A stretch of DNA of 64,000 bases. Origin: Lama guanicoe. Its lineage: Eukaryota. A program made the translations under genes and the position numbers. The notes under the pieces are model-generated. The model did not search any database. It was not told the DNA's origin and saw only the letters and a list, made by a program, of their open reading frames with translations. Of the stretch, positions 24,226 through 36,524 are shown piece after piece (position 1 is the first letter of the stretch; each line of letters opens with the position of its first letter). The stretch spans positions 22,878,795 through 22,942,794 of the forward strand of contig MU054187.1 of the NCBI GenBank assembly GCA_013239625.1, in the 5' to 3' direction.

Positions 24226-24375
24226 CTAGAGGAATAATTTGGCTTTATCTATTCTCAGTAATAGGGAAGTTGTTGCCTGTCCCACATTTTCACCAGTTAT
24301 AGAGGAATTTCACCAGTTATAGAATTAGTATTTCTGGATCAATTTATAACTGCAAATTAGATTCTACAATGTACC

Positions 24376-24406
<31 letters not shown>

Positions 24407-24409
24407 CAC

Positions 24410-24888
24410 ATATAATTTCCATCCCTCCCACCTATTTTGCTGTTCATTTTTATCTCCTGTGCTGTCTCCTCTTCCTGTAACTGACTACTATTTTTTTTTT
24501 CTGACTCTGCTTATTTTTGGGGGGGTCACTATGACTTAGGTAAGAGTCGATAATTCATCACCTCTTAGATTTGTATCCCCAGACATCACCTCCCTGCAGA
24601 TCTCCAGACCCATCTATCAGTTCTGCAATCGGTTGTCTCATGGCCACCCGTATTCAGCATTCTCAACTGTCAACATACCATCTCTTCAAAGCCCTGTGAC
24701 TTTAAATCTGTTCCTCCCCTAGGAAAATGAAGGGCCTTTGTTTCAGTAATACCATTCTGTAAGACAGAAACCTGGGAGTCACCTTTGTTTCTCCTCTCTC
24801 CCTCATTCCTGTCTGCCACTTTGAGTTTGTCATTTTCCCTCCTAAGTGTCTGAATAGGGACTAAGGTTTATTAGTGGATGAATGAGAA
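24410..24888 (+). mobile_element. L2 fragment
   Basis: ctccagaccc..atc; agaaacctgggagtcacc; ends ggatgaatga. Confidence 0.65.
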
Positions 24889-25267
24889 GATACTTTTACC
24901 TTCTGGCTTCTAGGATGAATGTGCGCCATTCTCTTTGTGAACTCTTGGCAACGCCTTTCCTGTACAGAATTTGGTAAAAGGGCCCATTCTTGTAGGACAT
25001 GCATTAAATGGGGCTTCCCATTGGTGGGGAACTTGAGTTTTTGTTGGGGATGATAACAGCTGCTAATTTTCTGGCCACCTGTCCAGCACCAAAAGGCAGT
25101 TGGGCTTAGAAAGCCTGATGGCCCTTTGCGGCTGGGAGACTAAGTCAGTAGCCTGGCACCATGCAGTAGTTGGGAGTTGGCAGAAGGAGATGGATGGAGA
25201 TGCTCTGTGGCTGGGAGAAAGCAGCATTTTGGCAGGAAAAGCTAATTGCCATGAGTAGAAAAGACAG

Positions 25268-25673
25268 TGTATTAGTCATGGTTCTTCAGAGAAACAGAGC
25301 CAGTTAGATATATACATATATATACATATATATATATGGGGGGTATTTAAAAAAAAATTGGCTCATATGATTGTGGGGGCTGGCAAGGCAAAATCAGAAG
25401 GGAAGATAGAGACCAGGGGAGACTGATGTTGCAGGTTTGGGTCCTAAGGCAGAATTCCATCTTATACGAGGTACCTCAGTCTTTTTTCTTCGGATTGTCA
25501 GTCAGTTGGATGAGGTCTAATCACATTATGAAGGATAATGTGTTTTATTCAAAGCCTACTGATTTAAATGTTAATCACACCTAGGGCATACCATCACAGC
25601 AACATCGAAACTGCTGCTTGACCAAGCTGGGTACCTTCGCTTAGCCAGTGGCCACGTGAAATGAGCCATCACA
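25268..25673 (-). mobile_element. MLT2 solo LTR
   Basis: tgtattagtcatggttcttcagagaaacaga...ccatcaca; flanks gacag and gagag. Confidence 0.85.
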
Positions 25674-25869
25674 GAGAGGGAGCGGGTCCGGAGGGAGCTC
25701 TGAAGGAGCGCTCTGTGGGAAGCAGTGTGCAGGGCTCTCAAGCTGCTCCTTTATAAGATGCAGTGAAATGTGTTGAAATGCAGTGCGGAGCGCCATGATT
25801 TTCAAAGCCTCCATGAAGGTTCAGTGCGGTACTAGGCCATGGAGGGCATCGATTTCATTGAAACCTCAT

Positions 25870-26440
25870 GTTTAGTACACCCGCCTCTTTCCGCCCCATG
25901 GCTGCCTCGCTTCTGTTTGGGGAGTTGCTTCTTGCCTGAAGGATTGTAACGGCCACCCGCTCAGTCTCTGTGTCATCACTCTTGTCATCTCCCCCATCTT
26001 TCCCCCGTGTAGCAGCTTATGAAGTTTATGTGACTCACAAAGCCACAGGTTTCAGCATTTCGCTCTCAGCATGCAGAGCCTAAGGAGCCCCGAACGCACG
26101 CTTCTTGACTGCGTTTCCAGCTTCATCTTACACCGTTTTCTCCTCCCGTCTGTCTGTGCGTCAACTGTTCCGGGTCTATTCCATGGTGGCCTCTTCACTT
26201 CAGCAATTCACTTAAAAAATACTGTGTCCAGAGACCTCTCACTGTTTCTCCTTTCAACCCCCAATTTTCTTCTTCTACCTCCTCTGTGAGAAGAAACCGC
26301 TTGCATTTCCTTCGTTTGCAATTTGAATATTGCTTTATCAGAGGAGTCCAGACTAATTGCAAGGACTAGGCCAGTTCCTCTTCAAATGCCTCCTGAAAGC
26401 CCCATAATCATTTGTGTAAGACTCTCTGTCTCTTTCTGGG
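25870..26440 (+). mobile_element. Degenerate L2
   Basis: cttgcctgaaggattgtaacggcc..cagtctc; pyrimidine-rich L2 3' body. Confidence 0.5.
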
Positions 26441-27019
26441 CATGTTAGCACACACCAGGCGGGCAGTGACTATTGAATTCAGGCTGGATCCACCGCAGAA
26501 CACACTTCCACGCAGCGTCTGCCGCAACTTTCTGCTTTTCCGAGAGCGGCGTCTGCGACAAGCCCTCTCCACCTGTTGAGAGGAGAGGGAGGCCAGCAGT
26601 TACAAGGGGAAGGATGCTTTGTGGATTGGGCAGGTTCGCTGATGGCTGTGCTAGGAGTTTGGATAAGCAAATACATTAAAGGCTCAGGCCTCCCAGAAGA
26701 AGGTGCCTGTGGATTCACTTTTTAGCTTTTCTTTTCTCTTCACGAGGTGCTGTGACAGTTAGACGGGCTGGAGGCTTCTACAGGTAGGGAGAGTCCGAGC
26801 TTCGGAAATACTAACCATGAGCTCTTAGGTAAAGCTCTGCTCAGATCTTAAAGCAAATATTTCCTTTTCCTGTTACTTGTCTTGATGTTTGATCCTTCTC
26901 CAGTGCTTTTTAAAATTTAAATTCATTTTCAAAATTTAAATTAATTAAAAATTGACTAGTCAGGTTCAGTCTCAGAATGGTTAAAAAAATTTAAAGAGAA
27001 GGAGGAAACATCATGTTTA

Positions 27020-27660
27020 TGGATTTATTTATTTCATAATGAGAATGCTAATTTTTAAAATTTTCAGATTATGCCCGGACCTCTGAGATGCTGGATGACC
27101 TGGCCCCATGGTGATGCTGTTGAAGTGTTTAGGTCTGTTCACCTTGTGGGCACAGAGGCTGCAGGACCCTAAGATTTTAATCCAGAAGTCAAATTATTAG
27201 GGAATTTTTGCTAAGTGCAGTCCTGTTAAACCCACAAAAATAATTTATGCATCGTGTGAGTATATATCTATAACCCACTAAAACATCATACTCACAGCAG
27301 GGCACCCTCTTCACCTAAACTGTGAAAGCTTCAGATGAAATGAAAGTTCATTATGTTTCCCACTGTGTTTTGTTTTTACGAAGTGAAATAAGCGGGGCAA
27401 AATACCCTAGAAGCTACAAGTTAGAATTACCTTTTACTCTCTTTTGGGGCTGAGAGACTGTTCAGTTTGGATCTGGGTTCCTGGAAAGCCTAGTTCTTGC
27501 TCCAGATAACACACTTGATGGTCTGTGTGGAAAACACTGAACTGGTTCGGAGGTAAGTCTGTGCTTTTTTGGATAGATTCCTATTTGAATATTGTCTTTT
27601 TTCTTATTTTCCTTTATTCCGACTAGATTAGCTGTCTCTCCCCTCTCTGCTATTATAACA
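27020..27660 (+). pseudogene. EBLG: Bornavirus-like G C-terminus (unit 3)
   Basis: YFI/NENANF* vs YFLNDEGRLQ; PG..R...W; VGTEAAG/LGTVGSG; 27427-27477 LPFT-x10-GSG vs LPYT-x10-GSG in exact register; NTLDGL/NPLGWL; hydrophobic TM-like tail. Confidence 0.7.
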
Positions 27661-27839
27661 ATCAATAAATAGCTTTCATTTTTAATTTGTGGTTTTCCCA
27701 TCGTAATTACTAGATTTTGTGCCTGTGGCCTCTACTGAATTGCCTGTTGGCCTCTACTGAATTACTGTCTTTGTAACTAAGTCTGGGCAACCACTCGGTT
27801 ACTACCTTCTGGGTGAAAAAATGAATGAATGAATGAATT

Positions 27840-28620
27840 TGTACCTGCTTTTGTGTTTGAAGCATCCCTTGCTTTTTTGTCTTACTGAGAGCAACCCCAG
27901 AGGATGTCAGGGGACCGTTGTTAAGCAGTTGGTCATTTTCTGCTCCCAGACTCATCCTTATGCTCTGAGGCAGTCGGTCCTTTCAGGTGTTTTTAAATAC
28001 CACAGAAAGGAACTGTTTTGTGGGAAGTCAAACAGGGGCTATTGTGGTCACTCGGACTGCCACGACAAATACTGTATAGACTTGTGGGGCTTAAAGCAGA
28101 AATTTATATTCTGACAGTTATGGAGGCTGGGAAGTCCAAGATCAAAGTCCTGGCTAATTCAGTTGCTAGTAAGAGCTCTCCTTTTGACTTATGGATGGTC
28201 GCCTTCTTGCTGTGTCCTTATATGGCAGAGAGAGAGAGAGAGGGAGAGAAGGAGAGAGGGAGAGAGAGAGGTTGAGAAATGCACTGTATTGTCTCTTCTT
28301 ATAAGGACACTAATACCATTAAATTAAAGCCCTCATGCTATGACCTCATTTAACCTTAATTACTAACTCCAAAGACAGTCACATAGGGGTCAGGGTTTAA
28401 CATATGAATTTTGGGAGCACATACAGCAGTTCGTAGCAGGGACACTGACAATTTTTAATGTAAAAGTCTATTTCTGATGCTGAAAGGCATGATTAAATAT
28501 GAAGAATCTGAGAGAGAATTCAGCAAAACTACAAATGTGCATGAGGGCACTTTCCTTCCACAAATTTCTTGCCCTTCAGATGGGAAAAGAACAGGAAGAT
28601 CATGCATCTTACTTCCAGGA
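27840..28620 (+). pseudogene. EBLL: Bornavirus-like L N-terminus (unit 3), split by an MLT1
   Basis: 27857 LKHPLL/LKNPLL; FCL; PYALR/PHHVR; about 28505 NLR..AKLQM/NPR..AQLEL; directly follows the G tail. Confidence 0.6.
28040..28438 (-). mobile_element. MLT1A/B-type solo LTR
   Basis: gaaatttatattctgacagttatggaggctgggaagtccaagatcaa...tcttataaggacactaat...catatgaattttggg. Confidence 0.9.
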
Positions 28621-28789
28621 CACGGAATTAGATTCTGAGTTCCAGACTGCAGGCCAGAAAACCGAGTCACTGTGGTAGAACAGTTCCCAGAGCAGAGCAC
28701 GATGCCGGAGCTTGGTCTCTTCTGACTCTGCCCCTACTTTTTAAAAAAAATTTAACTCTACCTTCTCTAAGCCTTTGGTTGACAAAGCT

Positions 28790-29770
28790 ATGCATAGTAA
28801 TAATAAAAGATTAAAAGGAAATTTGAGAGAAGGCAAATTTAAGTGCCAAAAAGTAGTGCATGAAGCCCTGGATGAAGTGGAAATTAATGGAAGAAGAACA
28901 GAGAGATCGAGGTGTACCAGGAAGCGGACATACTCCTCGAATCGCATTGCTTTCTCCTCATCGCACTCTATCCTTGCCAGTGCACGTCCTGAGCATCAGC
29001 AGTTAACTGTTAGTTAGGGGAGACATTTATAGGCTGTGTTGAACTTTGGGGAATAAAGGCAAGTGTTGGATTTTCTGAGCATTTCCTGATGCAATGAACT
29101 TTTCTTATATAAAACACTTTGCTTTTCCATTCTTATTCTGATTTTGATATCATGTGATCTGTTTTCCCTTTAATTCTATACTTGCACTGTTTAAAACTAA
29201 TTTTTAATTTATTCGTTGGCCTAAAAATGAGTGTCAGAAGTACATTATTTTTCACCTGTAATTTGCAAAAGAAGAAACTGAGGCTTACAGTTTATGCAAG
29301 AGGAATGAGCACACTTAGCTCCCACTGGGTAAAGCTGATTCCTACCCCAGAGTGACTGACACAACTCCAAAGACTGCTGTCTTTTCCTATAAACTTCTTC
29401 AGTGTGTACCAGGAAAGACATGGACGTGTCTTCACTTGACAAGCACAAGCCCTGCCTTTATAAACCATTAGATGTAATTACAGTCCTCACAGTGGGGCAG
29501 GAAGCAGTGTTCTGCCTTGACGTATGTCTGGTAGTGAAGAATGACATGTTAACTCTGATTTTTTTTTTCACTTTGTCCTTCATCAGTTTACACCATGTTG
29601 AGCTTTCAGTCTTCCTGTTTTCCCGTGAAGAATCTTAGTGCCGTGCGTGGCACCACAGATTTGGTTAGATTAACTGGCGTTTGATTGTGTTTTGCCTCAA
29701 ACCTTCCTCCATGTTGCCTCACGTGCTTTTTCGTTTCCCTGCAGTGATCAGCAAAGAAGGAGGTTTGCAC
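28790..29770 (+). pseudogene. EBLG: Bornavirus-like G from the furin-site region to the C-terminus (unit 4), split by a MIR at about 29240-29390
   Basis: 28808 RLKGNLRE..VVHE vs RLKRRRRD..LVHK; EVYQEADIL/DAWEDCEIL; ASA; DI/IGCV vs DIIGYI; GQE/GHE; HVELSVFLF/HIGLPSFAF; LTGV*/LGGVL; FPA/LPA. Confidence 0.65.
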
Positions 29771-30299
29771 TCTTGACACCTTAACAGGGAAATTAATCTC
29801 ATGACCTGCCAAATGCCGCTGGAGTCGTCATCATTCTGACTGTGCCATGACATGCAGTCCTTGTCACGTGTTTTAAGTGGTTTGAAGACTGATGATACAT
29901 AAATATATCTATCTAAAAACAGATGTAACATCCTTTACGCCATCCTTTGCATATTGCTGTAGGAAAAAACTCTCATTTTGTCAATGAGAAATTCCCAGGG
30001 ATGACTAATAATTTTCACTGGGGGAAAAGAAAGCATAATATTTTACGACAAATTGTTATTTCAGCACTCTTATCAGAAGACTATATAACTCATGAGTATT
30101 TTGTGTGGAATGAATGTCCTGTTAGAAAGACTTGGGATCAGACACTGACTTACTCATATCATGGTTTTAGAGCCATTAGCAAGCCAGAGTTCACTCACTT
30201 CTAAAAACTTCAGGTTAACAATGACAATACCTTTCAAGTTTTATTTTTGACAAATATTATGTTTCACCAACTATTTGGAATAAAATAGTGCACTAAAGA

Positions 30300-31965
30300 G
30301 AGGTGGTCTTGCTATGAATGACTTACAGTTTTAAGTTTCAGTTGAATAAACAAATATTACAGTGAGTAATAGGTATTCTGGGAACAGGATCAAAGTAATG
30401 CAGGCTGGGGTAAGATGGTTCTGAAAAATTGAGAAGACTTTTTGAAAGATGAAACTTAAACCATGACTATCAGGGGAGAAAGACTATTTTAGAGACGTGA
30501 AGCTCTTTGGCGGTAGATTGAGGCAGTATTATGCAGAAGGTCTTAAAATATATTGGGATTTTTGGATTGTTTCCAAAGATCAAAGAGAAGTCATGTAGGG
30601 TTTGGTTCATTCATTTAGTTATTCATTCAACTACTATTCATTACCAAACTTGTGTTAGGCACTATTCTGGGTTCTAGGAACATGCAGTAAACAAACAAAC
30701 AACAAAAGTAAATATTATTGCCTTCATGCTTACATTCCAGTGGGGGAAGACCACTTAAATATTATAAACAAATGGATTGTGTTTGAACCAAGGATATCAG
30801 TGCTATTGGGGAAAGCCAGATTTAAAATATGGGGTGAAGCTCAGGGTCTGCATTTTTAGAAATAAGATTCCTGAATGGCAGTCGCATACTGAGTGGGTAG
30901 GAGAGAAGGAGAAGTGGTCAGAGAGGGGCCAGACCATATGGGACTCTCTGGGTCATTGTAAAGACGCCGGCTTTCCCTATAAATGAATCGGAAAGTCGTT
31001 GAACAGAGAAGTAATATTTCTGTTATATATTTAAAAAACTTTTTTTGGCAGAGAAATAATATTATGTTTTATATTTTGAAAGAATGATTTACCTACAGAT
31101 TTGGGAAAAATAGTCGAGGGGGGGCAATGGTAGAAGTTGAAAAATCAATCAGGAGGCAATTGCAATGTCAAAACAAAGGATAATCCAGGATGCATTTGAC
31201 CAGCCTCAAAGGCAAGTTGTAGACATATTCTTGGATATATTTGGGGGTTTGAGCATTTAATATTTTCTGATATTTTGAATGTGAATATGAGAAAATAAAA
31301 CATTCAAGGGAGATGTTAACATTTCTGTTTGAGCAACTGGAAATTGGAAATAACCAATAATGACATATCGCAGAATGCAGCTTAAACATGTAAATTATGT
31401 AATATTAAGAGTTCGAGTTTTACAAATATATGTATATGCATGACTGGGACATTGTGCTTTACACTAGAAACTGACACATTGTAACTGACTACTTCAATAA
31501 AAAAATTTTAAAACGAGTTCAAGCTTTAACATAACCCTATTTGAGATATCTAAGAGACTTTTGAGTGGAGATGGTAAGTAGTGAGTTAGATGTTGTGTGT
31601 CTGAAATTCAAAGAGACTAGTTATATTTGGTCATCTTTAAAGCCACTGGGTTAGATGACATCACCAAGCAAATGCTTTTAGATACAAAATAGAAGCTGGA
31701 AAATTGATTCATGACATACTTCTAGAGTTGAAGTCTGGAAGAAGATGAAGAACCAGGAAAGCAGCCCAAGAAGAGGCCAGTTAGGTAGAAGGAAAACAGG
31801 ACAACATGTCTGCTTGGGAAGCAAGTGACGAAAGTAATCCTAAGAGGAGGGTATGTCAAATTCTGGTGAACGTTTGCGTTAAGCTGAAGGCTGAGAATTA
31901 ACCACTAGACCTAGTAATGTGGGGCTGTTGGTGATGCCAACAAAAGTAGTTTCCACAGAGTTGGG
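30300..31965 (-). mobile_element. L2 block (nested pieces; small L1 3' end at about 31425-31510)
   Basis: ttcattcatttagttattcattcaac is an L2 tail; tgtttgagcaactgg; tctgaaattcaaagagac. Confidence 0.75.
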
Positions 31966-31999
31966 GCCATGGCTTTTGGTACTAGGAGCTCTTTGTCAT

Positions 32000-32803
32000 T
32001 CTAACCAACCTGCATATAACAACAATAATATCCAGATAAGCTATTTTAAGATGTCTTAAAAGAAAACGTCTTTTTGAAGGAGCTGGAGAACAACCAAAAC
32101 CAGGCAGAAACGAGAGGGAATTTTTTGACCTATGAAAAATGGAAATAATGTCAGATGAGATTTGTGTATTGACAACTTTTTTTTTTTTGTCCTGATAGAA
32201 TTCTCAACCCAAGGTTAGGTAGCAGAAATCCAAGTCTTAATGGATTAAGTTGCAAAGGAGAGCTGGCAAAGAAGCTGGAAAATGTAAGTGGAAAACTATA
32301 GTGGATGGTCAGCCTCAAAATCTTCATAGTAACTGCACCAAAATCTTGATTTTCCCGCTGAACTATGCATGTAGGAAGTTGCCAGTTCTGCTAAGATCAT
32401 CAGCTGGAAGAAGGAAACAAACAGAAATTTTAGTATCTGCCTATTTCAGGAAATAGATTTTTCTGCTTGAATCTGACTGCCTATTAGAGCAAAACCTCCA
32501 CACCTTTCAGAGGAAAGTAAATCCGAAGTATCTACAATATATAAAATACAACGCCAAGCACACAATAAAATATTACTAGGCCTAAGTAGCAGGAAAATGT
32601 TACTCAGTAAAAACATCAGTCAGTAGACTCGCTAAGATGATCCAGATGTTGGAAATAAGAGTCAAGGTCTTTCAAGCAATTATTATTAATGTGTTCAGGA
32701 ATTAAAAGAAAAACAGAATCCTATTGAATGAACAGATGGGGAATCTAAACAGAATGTACAAAAAAGAACCAAATGAAAATTCTAGAATTAAAAACAATAA
32801 TAT
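32000..32803 (+). mobile_element. Old L1M 5'/ORF1-start fragment
   Basis: agatgatccagatgttggaa...aagaaccaaatgaaaattctagaa. Confidence 0.6.
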
Positions 32804-32804
32804 T

Positions 32805-34572
32805 GTGACGTCAGCATCACGGAAGCATGAGAAACTCCCTTCATCTCTCCCCTTTTGTCTGCAACTGGTTAAAGTACCCATAACTCATTAAACATTCCTG
32901 TGCACAAAAGACCGGGAAGTTGGGGAGATCTACACCTACGCACAGCTGAAGGTCGGTGGAGGGGAACTCAGAGAGAATGTGGAATTGGGGGCAGCAGTGG
33001 CGGTGCCCATGATCTCAGCCCCGGGCGATGGGGGCTCAGACCGCAGTCCCAGAGAACCCAGCAGCAGCAGAAAGGGTGGCGCAGGTGACTCCAGCCTCCT
33101 GGCTGCTGCGGTGCCTGCAGCCACAGGGAACTGGGAGGTAATGGCGTTAGGGCTGTGATCCAGGTCCTTCCAGCATTGCGGGCCCAGGACTCCAGCCCTC
33201 TGCCCTTGGCAGCAGTGCCTGTAAGCCTGACGACCCCCGAAGGGCAGAGGCGCCCACAATCCTGGCTCCCTCCTTCAACCTCCTTCTCTCCAAAATACAA
33301 TGGCAACGCTCGATGCAGCCAACATGCTTACGATCCTGGTGCCTCTGGTAGCAGTGCGAGTGACAACAGTGACCAGTGTGATAGCAAAGTAGCAGTGACC
33401 CCCGAAGCACACCTGCTTCCAGCAGAATCACCAGTGACATAATTTGGCTGAAGTGGTGGAAGGTTAAAGGCACAGACTCGCAAGTACAGCCAGAGGCAGC
33501 GCAGGTAAGGGAAACCAAAACTTGTGCTACAGCGCCACCTACTGGGGAAGAAGAGAAAGGCCTCTAATTACAAACGTTGAAATGCTAGAATTGCGACCCA
33601 CTCGGGTTTAATCTCCAGAATATATAAACAGCTCATGCAACTTAATAACAAAAAAAACCAAACAACCCAATCCAAAGATGAGCAGAAGACCTAAACAAGC
33701 AATTCTCCAAAGAAGACATACAAATGGGCAATAGGATACGAAAAAATACTCAATATCGCTAATTATCAGAGAAATGCAAATCAAAACTGCAGTGAGGTGT
33801 CACCTCACACGAGTCAGAATGACCATAATTAAAAAGTCCATGAATGATAAATGCTGAAAAGAGTGTGGAGAAAAGGGACTCCTCCTACACTGCTGGTGGG
33901 AATGCAGTTTGGTGCAGCCATTATGGGAAAACAGAATGGGGATTCCTCAAAAAACTCAGAATAGACTTACCATTTGATCCAGCAATCCCACTCCTAGGCA
34001 TATATCCAGAGGGTATATGCACCCCAATGTTCACAGCAGCACTATATACAATAGCCAAGACATGGAAGCAACCTAAATGTCCATCAACAGATGGCTGGAT
34101 AAAGAAATTGTGGTATATTCACATAATGGAATACTACCCAGCCATAAAAAGAAGAAAATAATGCCATTTGCAGAAACATGGATGGACCTGAAGATCATCA
34201 TCCTAAGTGAAGTAAGCCAGAAAGAGAAAGAAAAATACCATGTGATATCACTCATATGTGGAATTCAAAAAAAAAAGACAAACTTATTTACAAAACAGAA
34301 ACAGACTCACAGACATAGTAAACAATGTTATGGTTACTAAGGGAAAGAGGAGTGGGAAGGGATAAATTTGGGAGTTTTAGACTTGCAATGTTAACCACTA
34401 TATATAAAAATAGAAAAAAATTTCTTCTGTAAAGCACAGGGAACTATATTCAATGTCTTATACTGGCCTTTAATGAAAAATAATATGAAAACGAGTATAT
34501 GTATATTCATGAATGGAACGTTTTGCTGTATACCTGAAATTAACACATGGTAACTGTACTTCAATTAAAAAA
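32805..34572 (+). mobile_element. Young L1 with its 5'UTR fused directly to the ORF2 C-terminus and 3'UTR (internally deleted)
   Basis: CpG-rich 5'UTR-like block at 32805-33590 joins ggtttaatctccagaatatataaacag (GLISRIYKQ); ORF 33844-34161 is the ORF2 C-terminus; A-tail followed by (TATC)n. Confidence 0.8.
33530..33545 (-). promoter_or_regulatory. CTCF consensus motif within the L1 5'UTR
   Basis: Reverse complement ccagtaggtggcgctg matches CCASYAGRKGGCRS; binding is not shown. Confidence 0.5.
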
Positions 34573-34574
34573 TA

Positions 34575-34586
34575 TATCTATATCTA

Positions 34587-34642
<56 letters not shown>

Positions 34643-34648
34643 GATCTA
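34575..34648. repeat. (TATC)n microsatellite
   Basis: Seen directly. Confidence 0.95.
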
Positions 34649-36524
34649 TACTATTGGGTGACTTTCTTCCATGGATTAGAAATACCAAGAATGCTGGCAG
34701 AACTTGGAGTCAAATATCCAGAGACTGAGATGGAGTCACAGTGAATTGGTTGATGAGACCAGCAAGATAGAGTAAGATCTGTGCTCCGTTTCCAAGGAAA
34801 AGGCCCTTTTGCAGGAGAGTGGAAAAGTGAAGGGGCAAGTGTGTTAGTTTGGGCTGAGGAGGACACCAGCCCCGCTCCTAACTTGGATATCCATCTGGTC
34901 TATAGCCAGGACTCAAGACAAGAGCATTCATGTTCTGGTTAATTTTTTTTGTATATATTTGTGTGCCTTTCCACTTATGTTTTTATTAATGTAAATGCTG
35001 TCATTGGTCATGAAATGAAGCATAATTTTCCCCCAAGGGAAACGTAAAAAATGAATACTATCTCCTTGGTTTATGAAATATAAATTATTGTAGACTTTAT
35101 GCTTTACTAACTAGTTCTGTAATTTCATGTCATAAAACAATTTAAAAGCCTTATGAGGGGAAAGAATTGTAATTCAGTAGATTTAGTTTAATAACTTTTA
35201 TTCCATTGTATGAAATTATTTTATACTTGACACTACTTTTGTTTGTCCTTTTTAGGTACTGCAATGAATTATGATTTTAATTGATTTTAAAGAGCAAAAC
35301 AACTTTCATTATGCAATAGAATGTCTCAGACACAATCATTTTCAAATGCTTTTTGTACAAGTCACACCAGATACTGATTATTTCAGTTTTATATAGGTTA
35401 GTAATTTAGCTTTGTTTTAGTCCTCCTCACAAAAATTGATTAATAAATATTAGTGAGTTTGAGTATTTAAGACATAACAGTTCATTTAAATTATGACAAA
35501 ATGGTTGTTTTTAAATGTAAAGGCAAGTGCACAGGTTTTTGGCCAAATCAAAATTGTGAAATATCAGTTTATTAACTCAGGATTACATTGTTTTTGACAA
35601 TGATGAAAGGAATTGAAAAACTGTTCTTTTAAAAGGATACATTTTTGATAATAGATAAATATCCAAAATCTTTATGTTAAATTTCTTCTAAAATTAATAT
35701 GGACATTAGTAAAAGGATCACAAATTCAAGTGTGCAGCTATTGGGTACAAGATTCAGAACAGATGAAGACCGATGTGCGTATAATGTATGTGATGTAGCC
35801 AGGATGCCATAGACGTGGAATTACCCCATATTTTTGTCAGGAACTTGGTGTTCTTCCTTCAGTAACCTGGATGCTAAACTCTTTCACTGGGATTTTCCTT
35901 CACATCTTGTTCAGCCCTTTAAGGGACATGTTCCGTCTCAATCTGGTGAGAAAGCATGACTGTTTGACCGAACACCAAGTGTGAATGCTACGCCTTCATC
36001 CTGCACAGTCTGCGTTCAGGCTGAGCTCTTTTTGAGATTCGATCTTGGACACTGAAGATGAAATTTCTGGTCACATACTTTGGGTGCTCGCTCAGCTCTA
36101 ACCCTAAGGAAACGGAAGCCCAGTTTGCTTCCCTTTCTTCCTGACTCAGATGAAACCCCAGGATCTTCACAACAGCAGCGTCACTGTCAGTGGGCACGTT
36201 ATTTTGTCATTTGGGAAATTGCTTTGCTTTGTCTTATAGTCACATTACGTGATCTACCAGCTGGGACTAGGGGCAAAGTGTAGCTTTAACAGAACTAGCA
36301 CTTGACAGCTCCTCACCCTATAAAATCAATGATGTTCCCTCATTACACCCTGCATTCGAGTGAAATGTGAGTGGTCTCTACTGTTAGCATCGAGATGAAC
36401 GGTAGATGCTTCTGTGGGAAATATATTTAGGTTATAATCAAGTAACAGCTGTTATTTGATAACAACTGTTAACTTTTGAAGGGTCATCTCGAACTCTGCA
36501 ACATTTTCATTAAGGTTCCACATG

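Larger units (their letters stand above)
23440..26900 (+). pseudogene. EBLL: Bornavirus-like L C-terminal half (unit 2), split by L1, MIR, L2, MLT2 and L2
   Basis: ER..FIED..A....SARQGMFY vs ERQIRRWIEE..ATSSHSSRIATFF; IVD*WQ/IIDLFQ; 24263 REVV...VIEEFH/RDLV...VAEQFH; NLVK; LESLMA/LNTLMA; WLGESS/WLRFSS; about 26480 FRLD..SVC/IRLD..SVC; LLGKALL/ILGQPVL. Confidence 0.7.

Noticed and set aside
29245..29400. Minus-strand WGRN resembling L WGRD
   Set aside because: It lies within a MIR.
32900..33520. GC-rich overlapping ORFs as a gene or CpG-island promoter
   Set aside because: They are part of an L1 5'UTR.
35710..35830. Weak minus-strand similarity to a host membrane protein (TMEM205-like)
   Set aside because: One short match only; the + strand L alignment explains the region far better.
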